DNA of 64,000 nt, from assembly GCF_035594765.1 (NCBI RefSeq), contig NC_085843.1, positions 263,105,971 to 263,169,970 on the forward strand. The letters run 5' to 3'. Source of the stretch: Anolis carolinensis. Taxonomy: Eukaryota. The notes below the pieces were generated by a model that saw nothing but the letters and a program-made list of their open reading frames with translations, had not been told where the DNA came from and did not search any database. Below are positions 1 to 13,564 of the stretch, one piece after another; the first letter of the stretch is position 1, and the number at the start of each line of letters is the position of its first letter. The position numbers were made by a program, and so were the translations under genes.

Positions 1-1283
1 ACATTGAAGTTGATTTGATGACAAATAACAAAAGGTAGCAGTTGTTGTATGCCTATGATTATATATTTTTAATCTGTGTGGTATCCTAGTTTCGAGTTAT
101 TTAAGGCTTTGTGTGTCAGCAAAAGAACCTTAAGCATGGTTATACCCATCCAATTTTCCTTTGCATATGATCAGTCAGGTACTGATGAAATTATTGGTTT
201 CCTTATTAGTATTTAAATTGAGCATATTGTTTGTGAATCTAAACACTACCCTGGCATTGTTTATTAAATCCTTTAAGGCATTTCATCAGGAGGGCCACTG
301 AGAGTTTTTGTGGCTAAAGAACTATATTTTTAAATGTCTAGGAAGACAGCTTATTATTTTAAAATCAGATAAATGGCTTGAAAACAACCTTTACAGTGCA
401 TTTGTATAAATATTTGGCCAGAAGATTTGTAAGCCTAACAGAATAGCTAGACTTGCATTATTTTAAATGAGTTGGCTAGGTTCCTTAATTGTAGTTTAGC
501 TGCCAGTGTTAATAGCATAAACCCCAAGCCTCCAATATGTTGCTATAACATAGTTTTTTTAATGTGTTGGAAAGACCCAGTGACCTCCACTACCATATCA
601 TGAAACATAAAACCAACATTATTTGGGCATAAGTATATGTACACAGCCTTTTTTAAAAAATGCATCAAATGATTTTCTAATAACTCTTTGATCTCCTACT
701 GTGATTTTTGCTACAGCCAACAGATTTTATTTCTGCCTGCCTCTTTATAATGATGCTATTGATGCCAATTTCCACTGTTCCATTAGTTACAGTATTAACT
801 GTCATTGCAGCATTGCTTGTACTTATATCATAATCATAACATAATTGGTCCTTGTGCTATTTTTGTTGTAGGTAAAATGTGATTGCCTTGAGTAAATATA
901 TATAGGACTGGGACACAAAATTAGACACATACATTTAATCTGTATGATTAAACAGAGTGAGCATCTGATAATCTTCGAAAGTATGACACAGTTTGCAATC
1001 TTTGCCAGTATTTTAGACTTTCATGTACAACAAGAGTGAAGAACCTCCAGTTCCCAGTTGTTTTGAACCTCAATCTACAGAAACTCTCATGCTGGGAAGG
1101 ACAAATAAAGATTATAAGCCAAAAGGCCAAATCAGTTCAGTAGCTGGCTATGTGGACTCTGTTGGTGATTATCCAGCGTACCCTACTCAGCACATTTCTG
1201 GCACATATAGATGACCCCAAAGTCTAATTAGAGTATTGTAGTTATAGCTGGAAATTCAACCCTCTTTGTATGACCAACTAGCA

Positions 1284-1418
1284 CAGTGGTTCTCAACCTG
1301 TGGGTCCCCAGATGTTTTGGCCTTCAACTCCCAGAAATCCTAACAGCTGGTAAATTGGCTGGGATTTCTGGGAGTTGTAGGCCAAAACACCTGGGAACCC
1401 ACAGGTTGAGAACCTCAG
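1284..1418. mobile_element. Palindromic hAT (Charlie-like) MITE
   Basis: TIR CAGTGGTTCTCAACC; 8-bp TSD aactagca/agctagca. Confidence 0.85.
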
Positions 1419-1512
1419 AGCTAGCAAGAAGATTACATTAATAAGTTTGTGTGTGTGAATGGCACTTGCTTGCATCTTTTGTTCAGGCCAGAACATAAAT
1501 GCCATGTTGGTC

Positions 1513-1536
1513 CACACACACACACACACACACACA
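1513..1536. repeat. (CA)n microsatellite
   Basis: Direct reading; similar tracts at ~3140-3163 and ~48143-48161. Confidence 0.9.
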
Positions 1537-2823
1537 TCTGCCATCCATGAGGTCTTATCCTAATAGTTTATCTAACCATCTGTCTTCCATATAATACTCT
1601 GTGAAGAGTTGATTAGTTGGAAGAAAGTTCTGCAAGTACCTGGGAGTAAAGCTCAGTGCTAATCCTCAAACATAGTGTAAGAAGTTCTAAGTTGATCAGC
1701 ATCTCATATGAAGATCTTACAAATACTACTCTTGCAAGAGATTTCTGTTAAGACCTGAATTAGAAACAGTTTGTTAAACTATGAGGCTTCTTAATTAGTA
1801 AAGTGGGTGCTCTGTGTCAGTGTTGGTATCATGTTTCCTTTGGGACCATCACTGTACCTCAATCCTTGGCATCTCTCAAAAATGCTAGGAAATTATTTTT
1901 GAAGCAAATTTGCCATTTAAGAACCAAATTGCCTTTTTGTAGAACCACTGTACCCCAAACAGTGACAATAGAAATCTCAAGAGGAAGACACTTTTTTGCC
2001 CAGAATGTCATCACTGTTTAGCTACCTAGAGTTGTTGAAAATCTAGCAGCTCAGCCTTCTGGACTCTTGAGGATGCCCACCATGCTTAAATTCTGTTTAG
2101 GGAAAAACATGCTTTATTTCTTCCTATTTGCATTTGGAAACTGATGCCAAACTGGTCCAAAAGATGTTGCATTATCCTTTCCATTTAAATGAAATATACT
2201 ACCTGGTGATTTTGAGCAGTAATGCCATTAGTAGTATTCATTAATGGCTGCATGTAGATGCTGCAGCTAACCGAAGGCATTTCCCCATATCTTCAGGTAA
2301 GATCCTCAGCAATGTATCATGCTTCTGGCATATTGCTTTTCTGTCTCAAAAAGTGCAGAGGCAAACAAACTGCATCACACGGGAAAATCAATAGCTTTAA
2401 AAGCAGATTTGCTGAACTTAATAATCTGGTACATTCGTTTTCACTTGCTATATAATAGAGGAAATCTCAGAGGACCCCCTCATTAGATACCCACTATCAT
2501 CCCCGTTCAATCTATTACATACTGCTGAAAATGTTTCCATTTATATCGCAATTTTGTAAACCCTGAAAAATGTCAGTCGGCAGAGCAAATAAATGTTGTC
2601 AAGGAAACTTCATATTAGAGTAACTATGACTGTACTAACACCACAAATTTAACAATTTCACATGTAAGAGCATCAGACCAGCTACAAGCTGAAGTACTAC
2701 TGACAATTTTATGCTTTAAAAATAAAATCACAAAGGTCGGGGAACCATTTATATATTATATAAAACACAGAAACGGGATGTACAAGATAGTAGACATGCT
2801 GCGCTTACATTTTATCCTTGCAA

Positions 2824-3012
2824 GGGTGTACTTACACTGTAGAATGAATGCAGTTTGACATCACTTTAACTGCTATGGTTCAACACTATGAAGTCATTGT
2901 AGTTGTAGTTTTACAAGGGCTTTAGCCTTTTCTGCCAAAGAGTGCTGAGATTCCCCACTGAACTACAACTCCCCAGATTCCATATCATTGAGCCATGGCA
3001 GTTAAAGTGGTG
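2824..3012. mobile_element. Palindromic MITE (PIF/Harbinger-like, uncertain)
   Basis: ...cactttaactgctatgg / ccatggcagttaaagtg... inverted arms; related copies at ~20245-20335, ~40995-41275 and ~61250-61335. Confidence 0.6.
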
Positions 3013-3576
3013 AGACTGGGCATGCTAGTGTGGAGAGGAGGGGAAACTGAAGAATAATTGAGGAACTAGCCTTGGAATTCTAAAAATGCAGCAAGCTGGT
3101 AATTTTTTAACTGGATTGTTAAAACAAGGATCATATGTATACACACACACACACACACACACATCCTTCCACTAATTGAAACATGAAATAAGTGACTCAT
3201 TAGAGGAATTAGTAGATGAGGGTGCCTTGGCACAGATTTAAATATTGGTTAAACCCTTGCTTTAACTATTATTTACAGTCACGATCAACTTCAAAGACCG
3301 CAGTCAAGAGGCTTAAATCCAACACATACTCAGTATTTGTTAGGAACTGTGGAATAAATATCTCTCTGAGTGACATTCAATGTAATGGTACTCTAATCAT
3401 TTCTTGCTGTGTGTTGACGTGTTGGGTTAATCTTAAAGTACTGTTTTGTGAATGCTGACATGGTGGATTAATTTGAATGCACTGCTTAGACTCAAATGTG
3501 AATCACTGTCAGTTGGTTGAAGACAATTGTTTACTTCTGCATTTTTAAATTTTTTAAATTTCTTTATTTTATTTAG

Positions 3577-3695
3577 GCTCAGAAAAATGAGAGAGAGTCT
3601 ATCAGGCAAAAATTGGCACTTGGAAGTTTCTTTGATGATGGCCCAGGAATTTATACCAGCTGTAGTAAAAGTGGCAAGCCAAGCCTTTCTTCTCG
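3577..3695 (+). CDS. SCHIP1: SCHIP1 internal coding exon ([40 protein letters not shown]); upstream exons lie outside the window
   Basis: Polypyrimidine tract + AG at 3575-3576, GT donor (gtgagt) at 3696; 119 nt. Translation matches the recalled schwannomin-interacting protein 1 sequence, and the phase-2 end fits the next exon. Confidence 0.96.
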
Positions 3696-4009
3696 GTGAG
3701 TGAAATTGTGTTGTGCACATTTCTCATTTTAATGGCTTCCATGTGGCATAATATCAAACAGTTTCCAGCAAATGTCTAAAGCTAAAGTCCAAGGCTTTGC
3801 AGATGCATGACATTATCTTTAGTGTTCTCTCTGTTGAAGTTTTAACTACAAAGGGGAATCCCTCAGCTGTTTAAGAACCAATTTCATAAAGCTTCTACTC
3901 ATCTTTCATTTTCAATGACGTTTGTCATAGTTATCCTGCATTTCCAAAGTTATATGCAAAATGTCTGCTTCCATATCAATAAATAAATTTCTTCTAGAAT
4001 TTTATTCTA

Positions 4010-4140
4010 TTTATTTATTTTATTTATTACAACATTTGTATCCCACCCTTCTCACCCAAAAGGGGACTCAGGGCGGCTTACAATAAAACACACGTATATA
4101 AAAATATAAAATACAATACAAATCAATTAAAATAGTTAAC
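4010..4140 (-). mobile_element. L2 LINE 3' tail fragment
   Basis: tttatt repeats + tatcccacccttctcaccc..ggggactcagggcggcttaca; the same tail occurs on + at ~19810-19900 and ~54860-55000. Confidence 0.65.
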
Positions 4141-4197
4141 TAATTAATTACAGCAACATTCATAAAATCTGTTTCTCTTAGATGAATTGATAAAGAT

Positions 4198-4522
4198 AAG
4201 GTAAAGGTTTCCCTTGACATTAAGTCTAGTCGGGTTCGACTCTGGGGGTTGGTGCTCATCTCCATTTCTAAGCCAAATAACCGGCCTTCTCTGTAGGCAC
4301 CTCCAAGGTCATTTGGCCAGAATAACTGCATAGAGTACCATTACATTCCTACCGAAGCAGTACCTATTGTTCTACTCACATTTGCATGTTTTCGAACTGC
4401 TAGCTTGGCAGAAGCTGTGGCTAACGACGGGAGCTCACTCCATCCCACGGATTTGAACCACCAATGTTCTGGTCAGCAAGTTCTGTAGCTTAGTGGTTTA
4501 ACCACTGCACCACCGTGGCCCC
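4198..4522 (-). mobile_element. Sauria SINE
   Basis: (acctt)-type tail on the minus strand (aaggtaaaggtttccc), diagnostic body and tRNA-like head. Confidence 0.9.
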
Positions 4523-5051
4523 TAGATGAATTGATAGATGTATTGATATATATATGCTTTTACATTATTTTCTAACTTGGGTGAGCAAAGATGTTCATAT
4601 TTCAAGAAATGTCAGAAATACCTTTTATGAATAATTTCTTCAGTATTTAAAATTCTTTTTGAAGTATTCATGATGTTAAGGCTGGATAGTAACTGAATTG
4701 ACAGTGTTACTATTTGATATCTGTATTGTACTTCTTTGATGCAAATATGGTTATCAACATGAAAAAACAGAATAGATGAGCACTGCTTTCCGATTGGTAG
4801 TGCTTGAAAGATCCATATTATTAATGACTATACAGAGAACCTATAAAGATATCCACCACGGTCAACACAAGCCAACCTCAGGCAACCAAAATCCATGAAC
4901 AAGAGCAGTGATCAAGATCTACTTGTAAATCTCAAAGTGATTTGTAGATCAACAACCATTTCTAAAGCTCAGAAGTTCATTTTCCCTCATACTAAAATGA
5001 AGAAAGCTGATTTGCGGAAAACAAAGAGTTGATTTGTCAATGGAAGGATTA

Positions 5052-5221
5052 CTGTATTTCTTCAATTCTAAGACAACATTGATTGTAAGATGCACACTAA
5101 TTTCAGTACCACCAATAGAAAAAAGCTATATAGATATAGATATGCACCTGCAATTCTAAGATTCGCTTTTGCAGAGATGTTTATATGGGAGAAAACACAT
5201 CTTAGAATCTAAGAAATACAG
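5052..5221. mobile_element. Tc1/mariner-pogo-type MITE
   Basis: TIR ctgtatttctt..ttctaaga / tcttagaa..aagaaatacag, flanked by TA on both sides. Confidence 0.7.
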
Positions 5222-8069
5222 TATTATTTTGTTGCAGTTTTGTCCAGGAAAAAAAACAAGTATATTCTGAAAACTCCAAATCTGCCACCTCCTGAACTAG
5301 ATATTTCCAACCTGGAAATTTGTGGCAATATTCATATCATTTCTGCTACCTCCACAATACTAGGATTATATATGGGTTCCTCCCATAATAGTGCTATAAT
5401 CAGTGGTGGCTGGAGGCTACCATGGTATCAGGATGGCAAATCCACTCCAGGTTTTAGTGTGAACTTTAACAAAACTATCTAAGCTTCTGGGCTTATTTTG
5501 GGGTAAAGGTCAGCATCTTGAAAAGTCCTGTAAAGTTTGGACTGAAACCAGAAATAGATTCACTACCTACAAATATGGAGCCAGCAGATGACATTTGCAA
5601 ATAATATTTAATAGAGGCAAATAGCAAAATTCACATGAGTTCTGCATGCAAGATTATTGCCCCAGATTCCAGCCAGCTGACTCTTGCTTTGAAATACCCT
5701 TGTGACCAGTCCAGTCTGTGAGAGCAGGTGTTTCAGTATCATGCTGCATGGTATGAATACCTAGAATCAATAACTCCTATGTCTAAAAGCTGATGCAATC
5801 CTGCAAAATTCAGTGCCTGGAAACGCCTATTTTCCTCATTATGAAAATGTCATCAACATTGTTCAGATTTAAAAATAAATTTGATGCAAGAGATCAGGGA
5901 GCTTCAAGGCCCTCACTGTTCCAATAAAATTGGGTGTATTTGTGGAACTGAAGTCTGGTTCTACCAGAACGTAACCATAAGCAATAGATTGTGTGCATTT
6001 ATTCATTTGGAAAATTTTCTGTTAGGCAGGATTGGATGTTTAGTGTTATTATTAGCAAGAAGAGCGAACACATGGGGAATTCTGCTTAGTTAAAGTATAA
6101 AAATTCTAGCAATGTTTCTTTACCATTTTATGACATTATTTAATTATGATTTCTTTTCCTGCTGATGGCTGTCTTTGTGGGTTATTACTCCTAGGTAGCT
6201 GTTTGTTGCTTATTTTAATGCTAACTCTACAGTGAGCCCTCATAACATAGTAATGGGTTGTGTGTTAAGCTAGAGTTCCTGGAAACCTGCATTCAAATTC
6301 CCTCTCATGCATGAAAAACTATGGGGTGGTTTGTGGCAAGTGACTCAAGCTCAAGGAAAGCGTAGAAAACCTTTTCTGAAAAAATTCTGGCAGCAAAACA
6401 CTGTGAGATATGGCCATTTTAGGATCTCCATAAGGCAGAAATGATTTGAAGGTACTCAACAACAAATATAGGATTTCCCTCAATCGAACTTCACTTTTCT
6501 TGTTCTCTGACTGAAATCTTGAATATTTTAACTACAAACATGCATGCATAATAGGAAGGGAGCTTATGACTGATGCAAAGAAGCAAGGAGCTAGCCTATT
6601 TTCTTTTGCAAACAATACTATAATAAAGAAAAGAACAGTATATGCAATCAGACCCTTCCCTGGGTAGCTATAATTTATGCTTTAAGCCTAAAATCTATTG
6701 AAAACCTTGTGCAGCAGAAAAAGACATGGCATAAAAATGTAAGTATGCAATTATTCATTATATATTGCATATTAATAATGCATCCAAAAATCCATTAAAG
6801 TAAATGGAAAATAATATTTTACTGTCCATTCCCACTGAAGAGTATTATAAGATTAACTCTCTTGAGGTGAAAAACTAACAAGAGCTAGCATGAATCAAAG
6901 CCTGTGTTTATTAGTTACTCATGTCTTGTCTGCCTGGTATGTTTTGCCTAACATCGTATTTCAAGTTCCTAATGAAATAACAAATTAGAAATAATTTTCC
7001 TGTAAATCGAAACTATTCCATATCTGTCTGGAAAAAAACATAAGCTTCTGTGTTGTCTAGAAATCCTCGGTGGCTATAAATCACAGTTCGCATTTTTATG
7101 ACTTGACATTAAATAATTGAGGGATTCTGTCAAGGGAGTTGGCTGAATATAAGTCCAGATGGCCAGAAGTGTAACACCACCACCATCATAATAAACACCT
7201 ATATGGAAGGACTGCTCCATACTAACAGAATATATCATCAAAACAACCCTGTCAAAATAATCTCTTCTATTCCCCTTACATGCAAGCTAGTAGTATTTTA
7301 GCAGGTGTGCTTTGTGGGCCTAAACTCATTATAGTTTGCAGCTTAGAAAGTTACTTTTTTAACCTATAGTTCCCAGAATTTGTCAATAACTCCCAGTCAT
7401 TGACCACATGCAATGTTCCAGGTCTGTGTTCTATCTAGAACAAATTCACTAAAATCAATTTGCATTAATGTAAATACTAAGGAGGTCTAGCATTCAGTTT
7501 AGCTCTGCAAAAGGCATATGATCGCTGAATATTACATTTATTTTAAAATGTTCCTAGTCTCCATTATGACACATTTCTTATTTATGATACCAGATGCTGG
7601 AAAGTGCAGAAACTGCTATAAGTGATCTTGTGACTGAGATAAGTGTTGATTTAAAAAAGAAATCTATATTCAGTTATGCCAGTAAAGCAGCCTGCTGACA
7701 AAACTAATGGAAAGGAACTGCTTCTCAGACCTCAGAAATAGTTCCTTTCTTCTGATCTTCTACTTCAGCTGTCTTGGAAGACTGTAAGATGTCTTCTTCT
7801 TTAAAAACATGTGAGAAATTGCCAACCTATTGCTGGTGCATCTGTAGAAGTTCCTTGCAGGATGTAGATTACATAGAACCATTTCAACATCCTGATTTCA
7901 AACTAAGGTAGGGTGCCCATCCAGCTTTAGTTACACTAATTACCTATGCCGGATTAAAGTAAGAATATCATCCTGTTGATAGTATCAGCCCCAGTCATAC
8001 TGTTGGGCCTTGTTTTCCATCCTCTTGACCTTGTTTTTTCATCCTGAATTGGATGAAGATGATCTAGAG

Positions 8070-8204
8070 CAGTGATTCCCAGCTTGTGGTTCCCAGATGT
8101 TTTTGGCCTTCAACTCCCAGAAATCCTAACAGCTGGTAAACTGGCTGGGATTTCTGGGAGTTGTAGGCCAAAAACATCTGGGGACCCTAGGTTGAGAACC
8201 ACTG
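8070..8204. mobile_element. hAT MITE
   Basis: Perfect 8-bp TSD atctagag (8062-8069 / 8205-8212); palindromic body. Confidence 0.9.
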
Positions 8205-8233
8205 ATCTAGAGATTCAGGAACTTTCTCAAGAC

Positions 8234-8368
8234 TAGTGGTTCTCAACCTGTGGGTCCCTAGGTGTTTTGGACTTCAACTCCCAGAAATCCCAGCCAGCTT
8301 ACCAGCTGTTAGGAATTGTGGGAGCTGAAATCCAAAACTCTTGGAGGCCCAAAGGTTAGGAACCACTG
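8234..8368. mobile_element. hAT MITE
   Basis: TSD ctcaagac/ctctagac; same family as 1284 and 8070. Confidence 0.85.
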
Positions 8369-9697
8369 CTCTAGACCCATAAACACAGATAGATCACTGC
8401 TGGTAAGGTACAGACTTACTGGGGCCTGGAGGTTCTGCCAGGATTAACCCACTTGATCCACCTCAGAGGCTGATTGATCTGAATATTTTTCTGATATGTC
8501 TTTAAGATTGTTTTGATTTATTGTTTTGATGTTGTGGGCATGATCATTTCTAGTCATTCCATCTCACTGAGCTAAACTAGTCCTCAGGTTCTTTAGGGAA
8601 TTTGCAGCAATAAAATAGGTCAGAGAGTGATTAGAAGGATGCTTGCAGAAAATACAGAGTGAGCCTGACCAAATACTTGGCAGTGTGGGCAGCAAAAATG
8701 TCTGTTTCCCCCTCTGCCACCATCCATCTGCAACAAGCTCTCCAGTGAGCTATTTCAAGTGGTTAGCAGGCTTTTTACAACTTGGCCCAGAAAAGAACTC
8801 AGGCCACTTAGTGGCTTGTGGTGAAGAATTTGGCCAGCATTTTGCAAACAAAATTGCTTGAATTCATTCAGATTTAGGTGTTGTAGTTGGTAAAAGTCCA
8901 GTGCAAGCAAAACCAGCCCCTGCTTGTCAAATGCTAATGGATATTTTTCAATTTGCCCTGCCTGAGGAAGTGGTCAGGATGTTTGGAGAAGTGAAAGCAA
9001 CTACAGTTCTATATCTTTGCCCATCATCAATAAACAAAAAAGATGGGGATTGACCTAGTGACTGACTACTATAGGCCTTGGTAGTGACTGTTGCCAAGCT
9101 TTGGAATTCTCTCTTGGTAAGACATCATGGTTGCCTCTTTGCTCTCTTTCCATCCACAAATAACAACCACTTTGTTCTGACAGGCTTGTATTAATTGACT
9201 TACATAATCCTGTCTGAAGTTCTGTAAAATAATTGTCAACTGACCTGTTCTTTTAAAAAGTAATGTTCAAATCCATTTTGACATGCAGTTTTCATAATTC
9301 CAATAAGCAGGCTGGATGAGTGTGGACTATACATACACAGAAAAATGATATTTCCTTATTTCCTAAGATTTCATTGAAAAGGAAATGTCCAAGGTGGGTG
9401 GGATGGAGGCAACTAAGAAGGCTGTCACTAAAAGAATGAGAAGATAAGGCAAAGCCATATGGTAAGGAGCATCTGCATATAATTATTGCGATTAGGGCTG
9501 AAGAGAAGGCATGTGACCAGATTTAATACGTTGCCTCTAACTTAAGCCTCTTGATTGAAACAATTTGAGAGATCTGCAGGGGATTTAGAGGAGAAAGGAG
9601 GCAATTCCAAAGAATAGAGATGGCTTCATAGAAGCAACACATCTCTTTATTTCTTTAATTCAAGTTTAACATTAAAATACCAATAAAGAAAATAATA

Positions 9698-10263
9698 TAA
9701 TAATAATAAAACTTTATTTATATCCCGCCACCATCTCCCCACGGGGACTCGGGGCGGCTTACATGGGGCAGTGGCCCAAACAACATAAGAACAAAATATA
9801 AGCAACACAATAAATCACAATATAAAAAGATAAAACAATAATACAATATATCAATATAAACAACAATACAAGATAAAAATTTCATTTAAAACACATAAAT
9901 GGTAAGACCGTAATAAAAACAGGATAAATTATTAAAAACCCACTGGGGCTGATTAATTAATGACTATCTCCGAAGGCCTGCCGAAACATCCAAGTCTTCA
10001 GTCCTGAAGGAAGGTAGAGAGGGAGCCAACCTAATCTCCCTGGGGAGGGAGTTCCAGAGTCGGGGAACCACGGCCGAGAAGGCCACGGCTCTCATCCCTA
10101 CCAAACGCAGTTGTGAGGAGGGTGGAAGTGAGAGGAGGGCCTCGCCGGAGGATCTCAGCGATCGGGTGGGTTCATAGGGGACGACGCGGTCACGAAGATA
10201 GGCAGGTCCCGAACCGTTTAGAGCTTTATAGGTAATAACCTGCACCTTGAATTGGGCCCGGAA
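9698..10263 (-). mobile_element. L2 LINE 3' end (ORF2 C-terminus + 3' UTR)
   Basis: ORF 9964..10302: FKVQVITYKALNGSGPAYLRDR...RSLRSS...AFSAVVPRLWNSLP, typical L2/CR1-group C-terminal motifs. Confidence 0.85.
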
Positions 10264-10432
10264 AATTATGCCTATCCATACATAAACATACTTGAACAAC
10301 ATTTACATGACTGACTATACAATTTCTCTCATAAACAGACATGTCTATTCTAATTAAACATAAATCTTATGTCCTATAGTTATAAATCCTATATCCTTAT
10401 ATATACATATACATATATATAAGTTTTAAAAG

Positions 10433-10742
10433 AATTTTCCCCTGACATTAAGTCCAGTCGCATCCGACTCTGGGGGTTGGGGCTCATCTCCATTTCTAAG
10501 CCAAAGAGCCGGCGTTGTCCATAGACACCTCCATGGTCATGTGGCTGGCATGACTGCATGGAGTGCCGTTACCTTCCCACCGGAGTGGTACCTATTGATC
10601 TACTCACATTTGCATGTTTTCAAACTACTAGGTTGGCAGAAGCTGGGGCTAACACCGCAAGCTCACACCGCTCCCCGGCTTCAAACCGCTGACCTTTCGG
10701 TCAGCAAGTTCAGCAGCTCAGCAGTTTAACCCACTGCACCAC
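10433..10742 (-). mobile_element. Sauria SINE
   Basis: High similarity to 4198-4522. Confidence 0.9.
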
Positions 10743-10770
10743 TATCTTTATCTTAGGTTGTGGTATATTA

Positions 10771-11052
10771 TACGAGGGTTGAATGAAAAGTAATGCCTCC
10801 ACCTTCGTAACTCCTCAACAGATGGCAGTACTGGTATGTGGCAGGTACTGTCTTGCTCAGTAGACTCTCCTCTACAGTTCCATTTGGCGGGAAGCCTTAG
10901 CACTGATCAGTTGTGTTGTTAAAGTGCAAAGTATGGAACCCTGCACAGACGGTCAGTCAATGTGACTTAAGCAACATGCAGTCACTGAATTCTTGACAGC
11001 AGAGGGTGTCGCCCCAAAGGAGATTCATCAGAGAATGCAAGCTGTTTATGGA
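10771..11052 (+). mobile_element. Mariner 5' fragment (TIR + start of transposase pseudogene)
   Basis: TA-CGAGGGTTGAATGAAAAGTAATGCC terminus; ATG at 10933 gives MEPCTDGQSM*LKQHAVTEFLTAEGVAPKEIHQRMQAVYG, a mariner N-terminal HTH-like sequence. Confidence 0.75.
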
Positions 11053-11737
11053 ACGGCAAATTGTATATGCAAGTTTTAAAAGAAATTGTTTACTCAAGCA
11101 TTAAACTGTTTCCACTGTAGGGACGTCTATGATTTGCATGCGTAGTTTTTCCATTCATTTTCTCGGAACGATTGCGGTATTTTAAACTTCCAAATTTAGA
11201 ACAGCTACAGCTTGGAAATTGCTTTGTTAATGTAATCCAGTAAATTATCTATCAGTCTAGCGGAGAAGATCTCAGAGTGTCATAATAATAAACCTGCATA
11301 TGTAACACAAACATCCCTATGACTTTCCAACTGTAAATGAAATGAAGCTCAAGTGGATGGCTTTGTGTAACTCATTTGTATCAGAAGGAATTCCATACGA
11401 GAATGCCTTATAGTGGGACAGAATTTTGCTTTGCTTAGCCCAGTATTGCTAACACTGATTCCCTATAGCTTTTCAGATTTTTCTTCTATATATGTGTACA
11501 GTTCAGATGTCCAGCTGCTGTCCAGGTGCTTATTTTTGAAAGACAGCTTCAAGACCCTTTATGATTTCTCTGATTCTTTGTCATTCAACTTGAATCAGAC
11601 AGGTGAGCTGCTCAAATAAAGGAGGACAGCTTCAAACAGAGGCCTGCCCTTTGTAAAGGAAGTCATGAAGCTGCCCTGAATTCTGCTAAAAGTGGTTTTC
11701 CTGTATTCTGTCACCTTGAAGGCAGAGGGTGTTCATA

Positions 11738-12801
11738 TCTATATCTTCTATATCCATAATAAAAGTGAAAACCTGTATGTGTGTATGTGGCACAGGTGTC
11801 CGCTCACACAGACAGCCTCCAGCCTCCACAAACAAGCTAGTTCCCAGTGCTGAGGAGCCAGCAAGTCACTCTTTTCCACTGACATTGCGGTTACAGTGAG
11901 CTCCATGAACATGCAGCCCAAACCCTGCCAATGTCCTCCCCAAACACTACGGCCCACCACCCAAGGGATGCTTTCGTTTGGGGACCATTTCATCCTAGAT
12001 TTTGCATTGTCCACCACCACAGGCAGGCATCCCAGGGTTCTCCATTGGTGTGGAATTTGCATGACCCTGCCTACTGCCCTTCCCTTTCAAATCTGTCTGC
12101 AGGACAAACACAGCACAACTAAACTTCCTGGAGGAGTTTGGGGGATTGACTCCACAGTACTGGGATTTATAGTTCACCTGCAATGAATGACCACTCCGAA
12201 CTCTCCAATGATGGACCAGGACCAAACTTCGCACACAGAGCCCCCATAACCAAAAGAGCATATTGGACAAGTTTGGGGGAAAGGGAGATATAGTTCACAT
12301 GCATCCAGAGAAACAGTGATCCCTCCCCCCCACCTACAATGGATCAAACTTTGCACAGAGAAGCCTCATGACCAACTGAACATACTGCAGGGGTTTGTGG
12401 GAAAGGGCCTTGATTTTGGGAGTTGTAGTTCACCTGCATCCAAAGAGCACTGAACCCAGCCACCAGCGAATCTGAATCAAATTGACACACAGAGTCAACA
12501 TAGCCTGCTGTGAATACTGACAGATGTTTTGGGACAATTGCCCCTGGAATCTGGGGGTTGTAGCAGTTCATCCCCATCCAGAGAGCACTGCAGCCAGGCA
12601 ATGACCAGCCAGCGACAGATCTGGACCACACTTGTTACACAGACCCAAAATAGCCAACTTTGAATGCTGGCAGGGTTTGGGGAGGATTGACCCATGATTC
12701 TGGGAATTGTAGTTCACCCACTCAAACTGAGAATACCTAACAATCAAAGAGAAATCATGCCTTTATCAAATAACCCAGGCATCGCCGAGTTCCCAAGCTA
12801 G
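11738..12801 (+). mobile_element. Non-autonomous Helitron with internal ~130-140 bp tandem units
   Basis: 5' A|TCTATATC..ATAATAAAAGTG; 3' imperfect hairpin acccaggcatcgccgagt then tcccaagCTAG|T; repeated ggga.ttgtagttcacc units from ~12160 to ~12720. The 5' end could instead be 11753. Confidence 0.7.
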
Positions 12802-13159
12802 TTCTCAATAAAAATGAAAGAAAACAGTTCTTATATTCTCCCACCACGATGCGCATCATTTTTTGCACTTGTTATAAAGTCATTGCATGCCTTTTCCCAC
12901 TCCTACCAGCAGCAGCTGGGGATGGAAAACATGTAATGTGCTCATGTCGTGATGCTGGGTGCACAACAATAATCAGGGAGAGAACTAAACAGCAGCAGTT
13001 TCTTGTTGAGCATAATATAGTGTTCTGATCCTTTCCATAAACACAACCTTTGGAGAATGTAAAATTTCAATGCAGTACTCTGTGTTCATCAGAAGCTCGC
13101 TTTCTGCCCTGTGTTGCAGGGTGCAGTTTTTTCTTGGTTCAGATATGAAATACACAGTA

Positions 13160-13564
13160 CAGGCAATCCTCACATTACAAATGTCTGTCTTACGAATGAT
13201 TAATAATTCAGAATGAGGGTGAGATGAGAAAATAAAAGAAATCTACCCTAGTAAGTTATTATTATGGGGAAATGGTCTCTCCACTGAAGCTTGACCACCA
13301 ATCCCTGATTCCACAACAAGCCATTTTTTTCAAAATCTAATTATCACAGGGACAGAAATTGAGAGGAAATCTTCTGAACAGAGGCACAGGCAGCAAAACA
13401 AACACCTCAGGAGTGTTAACCCTTCTTCCCTATGTTATCCAAAGCTAATAAATACATTTTTTGGCTGGAGGTACACTTCAAAAGTGCACTTGTCCTGACT
13501 GTGGCAAACAAATTCAACTTAAGAACAAACCTACTGGACTTCTTTGTAACTTGGGGACTGCCTG
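13160..13564. mobile_element. Tigger/pogo-like non-autonomous DNA transposon
   Basis: TA|CAGGCAATCCTCACATTACAAA ... TTTGTAACTTGGGGACTGCCTG inverted termini. Confidence 0.7.

Noticed and set aside
1023-1214. ORF containing EEPPVP, a string I also recall from the SCHIP1 long first exon
   Set aside because: It is not followed by PMDWEALEKHL and the flanks are unrelated; a 6-residue coincidence.
3419-3482. Possible pre-miRNA-like hairpin upstream of the first exon
   Set aside because: Only ~15 pairs, many G.U, with a ~30-nt loop.
12120-12720. Regularly spaced repeats as a CRISPR-like array
   Set aside because: The units are wholly homologous diverged tandem repeats without unique spacers, in a eukaryotic TE context with no cas genes.
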